Source: Moniliella sp. 'wahieum'
Lineage: Eukaryota
Length of the DNA stretch: 64,000 bases
Direction: 5' to 3'
Assembly (NCBI GenBank): GCA_003971905.1
Contig: RSEE01000058.1
Span: 1-64,000 of the forward strand
Shown here one piece after another: positions 55,111-64,000 of the stretch. Position numbers and translations under genes: made by a program. Below the pieces are notes generated by a model. That model worked only from the letters and a program-made list of their open reading frames with translations. It was not told the DNA's origin and did not search any database. Each line of letters starts with the position of its first letter. Position 1 is the first letter of the stretch.

Positions 55111-57827
55111 AACTCTACAAGACCCCGCATCCTCAGCTGCATGGACCGTGGACGGTAACCGGGGTAACCGGTAACGCGTAACGTAACCCGTAAACGTTAA
55201 ATGGTGCAGTGACATGTGTTTTGTGACATGTGACACCTGAAAGTACACCGAGTTTGTGTGCACCAGCGATTGTGGGTTTGAGAATGACCGTTACGCGTTA
55301 CATTATACCGGGTTACTAGTTACTCGGTCACATGTTGCACGCTACACGGATGTTCCGAGTCACTATCGCTTGTGGGCACACCAATGCACCCAGATGCACC
55401 CAGAGGCCGTGGAGGGCACGATTGGGGAGGGGGAAGTGGGAAACACTCTCTATGAGGCTCGATCCATTTAGATCGTAGAGAAAGTGTGCCTATACGTACC
55501 ATAGCGTAGAATAGCATGATGCATGGGTCAGATGAAGCTTGAAGCTTTTGAAGCTTGAAGCTTGAAAATGAGCTTGAAGAGCTTGAAGATGCTTTGCCAC
55601 CGCGTGATAAAGTGTTTCTGCCAAGCATATGTGGATTGATAAGCTCGATCATCGATTATCGAGCTAATCTACCATGCACAACTGCACGATGTATAGGCAG
55701 GAGATCATTGATCGTTGAACGTTGAGACCGTTGATACGTTGATCGACCTATAGGAAGAGAAATATATTGGACCCATGTGGATTCAACATATATTCAACAC
55801 GGCTGAAGTTCAGCCTTGAAAACGTATGTTCAACGTTCACTGTTCACTAGTTACCTAGCTACCGGTTACCGGCACATGCACAACTTGAACAGGTCCTTTT
55901 GACGGAGAAGACATAACGTTCAACGAACGTTCACGATGTTCATGTCATGATGAACAAGTTCATCGATTCATTTTCATCGAATGCATCGATCCTCGCTCAG
56001 ACGCTCAGCCTGAGCGCTGTAACGTCATTAACGTTTAACGTCATTAATCATCGATCTCCTCTTGAATATCGTGGGCTGGCGAGCGAGGCTCTCGGGAATA
56101 TTCGTCGCAGTCACTAGTCACATGTCACATGTCACACCTGGAAAGCTTATTAAAGTTGGTATCGCCGTCGATGGCCCCACACAACGAATGGTTGTTGAAC
56201 ATGTTAACAACGATTCAATCAACTGATCAACGTGGTCAACGTCGAGTCGCACGTTGTCCGATGGATGGCTGAGAGGTTCAGCCGCTAGCCAAGGCATGGT
56301 TACTCCGATTACTCCGGTTACTACTTACTCCGGTTACTAGGTTACCAGTTCCATGTTGAAGCCTACGACCTACCCACACCAGGAGATACTGCGGTTGCAA
56401 GTGCCAAGTAGGTACTCGTCTGTTGCTAGCGTTTACTGGTTACCTTATCATTACCAGCGTGTTGCCGGAGATGGATTATCGAGATAGGCATATCCTGGAA
56501 TCGACGGGCATCGATGATCAATAAATTAATGATCGGTGATCAGCGACTGTCTGAGATATGAACCATCGATGATTGAATATGATCGATGATCTCGCTTGGG
56601 GATGCTCGATGCCAATGCCCCGCCAATGCCCCGCCTGCCCCGTCTTCTCCCGAGCAGGCAGGATGGCAGGGTGCGCCGAGCGCTGTGGGCCGAACGGGTC
56701 CGTGTTACATACGCTGCCCTCCGTTGTACGCTACGCAAGTGGACCGTGGAGTGGCCAGTAGCCGCAGAGCTAGTAGCGCCCAGACACGCAGAGCATGGGT
56801 GGCATGGTGCGTGGTGGCGCACAGCCGCCCATGGCCCAGGCGGACGGGCTATCAGGATATCAGCGCCCGAGGATACCAGTGTGACGTGGGACATGGGACA
56901 TATACATGTGATGTGCCATGTGCTCGGGGATATGTCGCGTTCAAAAGAACAAGAGAACCACCAGTTTCGGCAGACAAACGGCCGCGCTCGGCGCTCCGCC
57001 TGAGCTGAGCACGCGGGCAGTCAGGACAGTGCGCAGGGGCAGGGTGGCCCAGTGCGGTCCAATGTCCAAAGCCTAATCTGCATCCTCGGGCCCTGAGGCC
57101 CTGAGGCCCTGAGCCGAGGCCTGATATACCGGACAGATGAGGCGCAGAAGCTAGTAGCTGTGGCACCGCACCAGCCCACACACCTTGGCCACCGGGGCAC
57201 AAATGGCGGCTGTGTGTGATGTCATTGAACACCCTGCCCAGGCCAGCACACTGTGACCTGGTGCCCCATGCTTCCCTGAGGCTTCCGAAGCTTCAAGCGA
57301 AGCCTCAAGCTCTCAAGCGCAAGACTGCGGTCGATTGGCTGGGCAGCACCGAACGCAACGCCCTGGGGCCGAGGCCCTGAGGAGTAGGTACCCGATAGGC
57401 TGAGTTAGCAGTTAGCAGTTGCTAGTTGCTAGTTATCGGGTATCGGCTACCGCTTGCCGGTCTAACATGTACCAGTTCCTAACTCCCCTGTGCGCTCGAG
57501 GCGCTCTGGGCCTGAGGCCTGAGGAGGCTGGGGCCCTGAGGCCTGGGCCTGAGCGCCTGGGCCCTGGATGCACATGGCCTCAGCCTGAGGCCTCAGCCTG
57601 AGGTCTGGTGCCCGGTGCCCTGAGATCTGATCCCTGGGATCGATGAGATCGATGATCGATGACGCTTCAAGCCCCGAGCCGCCTGAACCGCTGAGGGAGG
57701 GTCCGCCACCCCCCTAAAACCAAACCCAGATGTCAGAAAAAGATACAAAAGGGGCCCTGTTCTCGTCCTGACTCGTGTTCTCCACCGCCACCGTTCTCCT
57801 CTCTCCTCTCTCCCCCTCTCTCGCACC

Positions 57828-58018
57828 ATGAAGTTCTCCTTTGCCGCCATCTTTGCCGTTGTGGCCGCTGTTGCCGTCTCGGCTGCCCCGGCCCCGGCCC
57901 CTGCTCCTGAGGGTGGTACGTGGCTTGCATCCTTATTCTTGGGATTCGTTTTCATTAATCGGTGTTGCTGACATGCTTTTGACCCGCAGACATGTGGTGC
58001 CAGGGCTGCGCCCGCTAA
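57828..58018 (+). CDS. Small secreted prepropeptide, 38 aa: MKFSFAAIFAVVAAVAVSA-APAPAPAP-EGDMWCQGCAR; intron 57916-57989
   Basis: CACCATG start context after a CT-rich leader, a textbook signal peptide and a canonical 74-nt intron (GTACGT...GCTGAC...CAG). The spliced frame closes at TAA 58016-58018. Confidence 0.75.
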
Positions 58019-60007
58019 TTTGGCAAGATCCCAATCTGGGGCTCCCACGCGGTGCATCCGTCGTCTTGGAGTTTGTCTTGTGCCACTTGCTTGATTTCTT
58101 GTTCTTTTCCCACCCTCTCTTCTTGTGTATCTTGTCGCCAAGGTGTATAGGCTTTGGGCCACGTGCAATGTAGCTTGAACGTCTTAACGTCTTGAACGTG
58201 GGAATACTTTAAACCGTTTATACTTCAGGCCGCGAGCACTTGGTGCTGTAGTCATCAGTTTGGATCCCCAAACAAATGATCGAAAGCGTGGATTCTGTAG
58301 CTACTCGTCAGGCACTGAATGCGAGTCATTCTTCGTTGTTCGTTTAAGGCCTGATGGCTTATTCTCCCCTTTTTCGCACCACACCCTCTGCTCTTGCTTC
58401 TTCCCCACGAACTATTGCTGCATTTGGCCAGTAGTCCCGACTTGGTTTCCCTCGCCTTAGGCCCGACTGTGACATTAACGTTCGTGAGGAGGAAGCAAGA
58501 GCAGAGGACATGGTGCGACGCATCAGAACAGGGAAGATGCGACACGCTCGGGACGACGAATTTGGGAATGAGAGCCAGATCAGCCGAACTATGGTAATGG
58601 GGTTAAGCGCATTTTGGGAACGGCGGGTTGTGTACATTACTTGGGCGACATGTGCCACACCATTGAATCTTCAACACCAAAGCAGCCGAACCCATTCAGC
58701 AGAAGCCTCGAGCAAAACGGACCCACCACTTTTCCCCGCCTTACATGTTACACAGTCCTCACACCACAATGGACAAGAGGTCCGGTGGACTGAGAAAGAA
58801 GATCGAAAGACGTGATGAGATAGTGGGCCCAATGGCGAGAAAACGGTGGCAGAATAGATTCCTAGAGGAGGTCATGGGACGAGCCCCGAGGAGGCATCCG
58901 CCCCTACAGTTTAGGGGAGTACAAAGGTCCTGCTGAAGTGCATGTCTGCCGTCTGCCGTGCCCCACTCCTCAGGTCCTAGTTCAAATCCTCCCAGATCCG
59001 GGCGGGTCATCCGTTGCCCATTTCCTCGGACACGTCTTCACCGTCTCTGTTTCACACATTATGACGCATCGAGCAAGTGTTGTAGAAGACCGAATGACGT
59101 CTCACTGGTAGAGATTCTCCTCTACCATGCATGGCACGAACCGTACACCGCACACACCGACAAGGCTGTGTGCCTTTATTGAACCCATGACCACATAGTA
59201 CTGCGCTTCATGCTTCAATCTCCGAGTAGTAGCAGCCTGACACACTAACCGAAGAGACCACACCTCGTTTGCAACCACGAATTCCTCTTCATCTACTGCA
59301 GCTGCGCAGATAGGGGAATGCGAGTTCGTAAAACGACCTGGTCTCATTACGTCCCGCGTGTCATCCTGTGCGCCTCCTTTTCCTTCTCGTTTTTCATAAT
59401 AAAGGAGGTTGAATGATGCCGCAGTGGGACAAACAACATGTGATGCGATGTAAGAAAGCTATGCGCTCAGGTTAATAGTCCAGTCGCCTTTGGATTGTAC
59501 AGGCGGCCAAAAAGCTGTTCCCCCACTTCAAGGACAGGCAACTGTGTCTCTTCTTAGTTGCCTCTTCGCTATCATTTGCCCTTGCCTTCGAGCTTCCGTC
59601 TCTCCACGCGCATAACTCTCTAGCGTCACGTCGCGTGGATCTGCTTCTAGGCACGTCGGAACAAAGTCCCTGGCATCCTTTCGGATTTAATTTGGGCCTC
59701 TCGCGTTCCTGATACTCCTGTTTTAATACTGTGGAAGCTTGGGACACTCACGATCCAAGGCCAGATGGAAGAAGGCCGGTAGTTACACTGAAAGAGCGAT
59801 GCCGTCACTCGCAAGGGATGCCAAATGCAGGTACGTGCTATCGTAGTTTGACCCGAGGAACGAACTAGAGACGCACCAGAGGCTACGTGCAGGTCAAGCA
59901 AATGGCAAGTTGGCCGAGCGCGCCCCAACCCAAGCCACCGAGAGAGCAGCGCGCCGGACAGATGGCCCAAAGAAAGGGGACAAGTCATGCCAAAACCGTA
60001 GATCCAT

Positions 60008-60859
60008 TTAGGCTGCCTCCTCGGCCGCCGGAGCCTCTGGCGCTGGGGCGGCAGCTGCAGGTGCGGCGGCCTCGGCGGTAGGTTCAGCTTCAGCCTCCTG
60101 CATGTCAGACGTCCAAAGCGTCAGGTTGTCCCGGAGCAACTGCATGATGAGTGTCGAGTCCTTGTAGCTCTCTTCGCTGAGCGTGTCGAGCTCGGCAATG
60201 GCGTCGTCGAACGCCTGCTTGGCAAGGTGGCACGCGCGGTCAGGAGAGTTGAGGATTTCATAGTAGAACACGGAGAAGTTGAGTGCCAAACCGAGGCGAA
60301 TGGGATGGGTCGAAGCGAGCTCAGCAGCAGCCACGTCAGAGGCTGCCTTGTACGCCTCGAGCGATTTGTCAGCACTGTCCTTGCGCGTCTCGCCCGTGGC
60401 AAACTCGGCGAGGTAGCGGTGGTAGTCGCCCTTCATCTTGTAGTAGAACACTTTGCTCTCGCCCGACGCGGCCGAGGGAATAAGGTGCTTGTCCAGTACG
60501 CTGAGAATGTCCTCACATACCTTGGCCAGTTCGGCCTCGATCTTCTCGCGGTACGCCTTGATGATGGCGACCTGGGCCGTGTTGCCCTTGCTCTCCTCCT
60601 TCTGCTCGATGGAGGAGACAATGCGCCACGAAGCACGGCGAGCACCAATGACATTCTTGTAGGCGACCGAGAGCAGGTTGCGCTCCTCGACAGTCAGCTC
60701 TTGGTCGGCCGACGCGACGGCCTTCATGCTCTCGACCATCTCTGGGGAGGGGTCAGGAGGGGGGGCAAGGCAGAGGGGCGCAGGGGGGCACGTACCATCG
60801 TAGCGCTCGGCCTGCTCAGCGAGCTTGGCGAGGTAGACGTTGTCGGCGTGGGTGCTCAT
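60008..60859 (-). CDS. BMH1: 14-3-3 protein; intron 60742-60795
   Basis: [44 protein letters not shown] and [22 protein letters not shown]. Confidence 0.98.
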   Translation of the reverse strand: MSTHADNVYLAKLAEQAERYDGTCPPAPLCLAPPPDPSPEMVESMKAVASADQELTVEERNLLSVAYKNVIGARRASWRIVSSIEQKEESKGNTAQVAIIKAYREKIEAELAKVCEDILSVLDKHLIPSAASGESKVFYYKMKGDYHRYLAEFATGETRKDSADKSLEAYKAASDVAAAELASTHPIRLGLALNFSVFYYEILNSPDRACHLAKQAFDDAIAELDTLSEESYKDSTLIMQLLRDNLTLWTSDMQEAEAEPTAEAAAPAAAAPAPEAPAAEEAA

Positions 60860-61453
60860 GGGGGGGGGCTGGGCTGGATGGCAGGGGCGGGGGGGTGGTG
60901 GTGTGGTCGGGGGCTGCTCGGGGTGGCTGGGCTGGGACGGGATGGCGGACCGGAGGGGTTAGTGAGTACGCCCCGGGCCCAGCAGCCCGCAGCCGCAGCC
61001 CTCGCGCGCGCGGCGGCGCGACTGCCCCTGTGCCTCCCGCGGGCCGGAGCGAGGGGCGCGCCGGCAGCCCCCGCGCTGGGCGGCACTGGGCGGCACTGGG
61101 CTGCACTGGGTGCACTGCTGCACTGGGCCTGCACGGGCTGCGCGGCGCGCCACTTGGGCTGCCTGCTTGCCGCTGGGCCAGCCAGAGCCACGCCGTGCCT
61201 GTCTTGGCCTGCCTTGGCGCACCCGGCCACGAGGGGGTGGTGTGACAGCTACACATCACATGTCGCGTGCAACTGGCAGCAGGCACGTGACGCGCCCATG
61301 TCCCCGTGCAGCTTACATCAGCAGGGCACTTGTCCGTGGGAGCAGCCCAGGCACAAATTTGCTGTGGGGAGCGCACGTCCACATCGGCCCTCGACTCTGA
61401 CCGACAATCGCCGCGCGCCATCCGCCTGCCTGCACGCCCTGCCTCTGCGCACC

Positions 61454-63140
61454 ATGAGGCTGCTCTCGCATTGCCTCCCTCGTCATCGGCGCTGCTGCCG
61501 CCGCCACCACCGCCACCGCCCTTTCCATCCACTCCTCGCCCCGCCCCGCCACCCCCTCCGCCTCCGCCTCCGCCTCCTCCGCCGACCACCCCACCCCGTC
61601 GTCGTTTGGCATGGGCTCGGCGACAGTGCCCAGTCCGAGGGTATGACTGGCTTTGCCGATGCCCTGCGGGAGGCCTACCCCGGCATCTTTGTCCATCTCG
61701 TCGCTCTCGCCGACACGGCGGCGGCGGACCAGCGGGCGACGCTGTTTGGTCTGGTCAACGACCAGGTGGCGCAGGTGTGCGAGCAGCTGGCATCCATCCC
61801 CGAGCTGCAGGACGGATTCGATGCGATTGGTTTCTCGCAAGGCGGGCATTCATGCGTGCGTATGTGGAGCGCTGCAATGCGCCGCCTGTCCGCAACCTTA
61901 TCACGTTTGGCAGTCAGCACATGGGCATTGCCGGTCTGCCCGCCTGTGCGCCGCGCGACTTGCTGTGCCGCGCAGCGTCGGGCATGCTCCGCAACGGCGT
62001 CAACACCGACTATGCCCAGTCCCACGTCGTCACTGCGCAGTACTACCGCAACCCGCGTAGCCCTTCCGAGTTTGAGGGCTACCTGGCCCACAACCACTTT
62101 TTGCTCGACATCAACAACGAGCTCGAGGTCAACGAGTCGTACAAGCGCCGTCTCTCCAGCCTGTCCAACTTCATCATGGTCGTCTTTTCCGAGGAGCAAA
62201 CTGTGGTGCCCAAAGAGAGCGGCTGGTTCGCCGCCTACCCCCTGGCCGAGGCGGACGAACCCGAGGATCTTCCCCCCGTTCCGTTGCGGGAGAGTTCGAT
62301 CTACAAGGACGACCGGCTTGGCCTCCAATCGCTTGATCGCCGCGGAGCGCTCGTCTTCGAGACGTGCGAGGGCCCGCACATGTCTATTGATCCGGCGTGC
62401 CAAGATAAGATTCTAGGGCGCTGGCTGGGTACGCCCGCGTCGCAATTTGCCCAGTGGGAGGGGCGGCCAACGGCGAGTGTTCTGAGTCGTCTTGGGTGGC
62501 CTGAGACTGGTTCTTGGCGCTGGCCACAGTGCACTTTCATGAGCAACCCAGATGGCTCTCGTCGTCTACGCATCGAGCCGGCTGCGTCCGCTCATGTAGC
62601 CCACTCGAAGGAGCATGCCCCCTTCCCCCCCATCGACATTGACTATACCACGGCCGAGCTCGTTGCTGTGGTCATCCTTGTTGTCCTGATCTCGTTTCTG
62701 TTCTGGAAAGCTGTGGTTGTGATTCTGATGGTTATCCTTACGGCCATTCTCTTCCCTGGGTTTGTGGTCGGTGCTGTTCTTGCCTTGCCGCTGGTCATGG
62801 TCGCGTTCCTGGTGGGGTGCGTGATTTACCTCCCGTTTGCGCTGATTGCTTCCCTGGTCCGCCGAAGGACGCAGCCCCAAGGCATTCTGCTCCCCTACCA
62901 TCCCGCATGGGAACCAAGGCGACCGACTACGTACGGTGCCGTCGGCCCAGCCGTCTTTGTCCAGGGCGTTCGTCCACCTCAGCCCGTCCCGCATCCTCAC
63001 CCAACTCCTGTTCCGTCCCATCCCCCCCCCCCCTAGCTCGTGCCCCTCAACCATCTTCGTCTACGGTTGCACCCGATGTGGAAGCCGCCCCTCCCAGCTA
63101 CGACGAGGTGGTCTGTTTCACCTCTTCTCCGCGCAAGTGA
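61454..63140 (+). CDS. Palmitoyl-protein thioesterase (PPT1 family) with a C-terminal hydrophobic segment and Pro-rich/PPSY tail; frameshifted
   Basis: PVVVWHGLGDS, GFDAIGFSQGG (nucleophile elbow), RAYVERCNAPPVRNLITFGSQHMG, AQYYRNP, VVPKESGWF and GPHM. Confidence 0.88.
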
Positions 63141-64000
63141 ACCCCGTGACGTATGTCGGTCAGGGGGGGTGCTTGTCCAGCCGTCATCTCAGGGTTGGTT
63201 GGTCAAAGTGGTCCCCCCCTGTTCCTCTAGTTTGTTTGTTCGATGTGTTGTTCAAACCCCCCACTCCACCCCCCGTTCCAGCTATATTCACTTTGTCGAC
63301 ACGTTACATGGATTTTGTCCTCGCGATCCCATTCCCCAATGTCGTGACATGTGGCACTCCTCCACTGGCTTTCCTTACCGCTGAGGGCTGAGGACTGAGG
63401 CTGGTGACCACGGTCCTCGCCCCGAACCCATTCCCCGTTCGTGGTCTACGCTCCAGACGATACAGGCGAGAGCTTCTCTGCCGTTCTGGGCGGTGGCGCG
63501 ATTTGTTGTAGGATCAATTTCGTTTTTTCCCATCTAATCCCGCTCGCGGCGCGGCATGACCTCAGGCCAGAGCTCCTCCCTCGTAGTTTGGGGTCAGATC
63601 AGTTCCCATGGCTGCACGCTCGATGACGCGGACGCAGAATCGTTCTTGTACCCAAAGCAGAAGGCCGGTCGTCCACGTTGCGGCAGCATGGGGGGCAATG
63701 GTACAGAGGTAGTGTATGGACCGTAGAAGGTTGTAAGGTGTAAGCGGATAGCGAAACGCACGCTTCAGCCTCAAGCAGTTGAGCTTAGCTGCCACGCCGG
63801 GCCGTCGCCGCGGGAACGACTCGCCTATTGGTAGCCGGTACCGTTTCCTGCGGGTGTGTGTGCAATGGCACGGTAGACGAGGGGGAGCTGGTCTGGGGTG
63901 GGTCGGGAGCAGGTGGCTCGAGCTGGCCCATGCTGCGCCAAAGGCGGGGAACAGCCATTGCAAGGGGCACGGCGGGGCGATCTGCAACACTTGTACAGAC

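Noticed and set aside
57992..58018. Basidiomycete CaaX mating pheromone / MAT locus
   Set aside because: The peptide has a signal sequence and ends GCAR, with Cys at -3 rather than -4. No STE3-like receptor is visible in the window.
60227..61450. N-terminal part of the 729-aa plus-strand ORF and similar long antisense ORFs
   Set aside because: These are shadow frames of real genes (14-3-3, actin, RLP7, SSE1) caused by high GC.

Overview
GC-rich fungal chromosomal DNA, most likely a basidiomycete of the Ustilaginomycotina type. This is inferred from short GTACGT...CTRAC...YAG introns and basidiomycete-style Kar9, Lot5 and H3 sequences. Nearly every gene, including actin, histone H3 and Hsp110, carries 1-nt frameshifts, which points to an unpolished long-read consensus rather than mass pseudogenisation. 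Gene ends are therefore approximate. Recognisable genes are calcipressin, Lot5/pICln, Kar9 with a GAR-like tail, PNGase A, YHM2, NFS1, SSE1/Hsp110, RLP7, a C2H2+Zn2Cys6 transcription factor, a METTL6/Trm140-type methyltransferase, a JSN1/PUF2-like protein, actin, CPR6, GBP2/HRB1, a Vba-like MFS transporter, tRNA-Tyr, histone H3, 14-3-3 and palmitoyl-protein thioesterase. Three observations stand out. (1) A two-exon gene missed by the ORF track (57828-58018) encodes a 38-aa secreted prepropeptide: signal peptide + (AP)4 spacer + EGDMWCQGCAR. It sits behind several kb of palindrome-rich non-coding DNA. (2) A ~1.39 kb element with near-identical terminal direct repeats and a target-site duplication is inserted in the coding region of the normally essential NFS1 gene, and its ends could in principle be spliced out in frame. 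(3) The histone H3 reads SQDWK instead of AQDFK next to K79.
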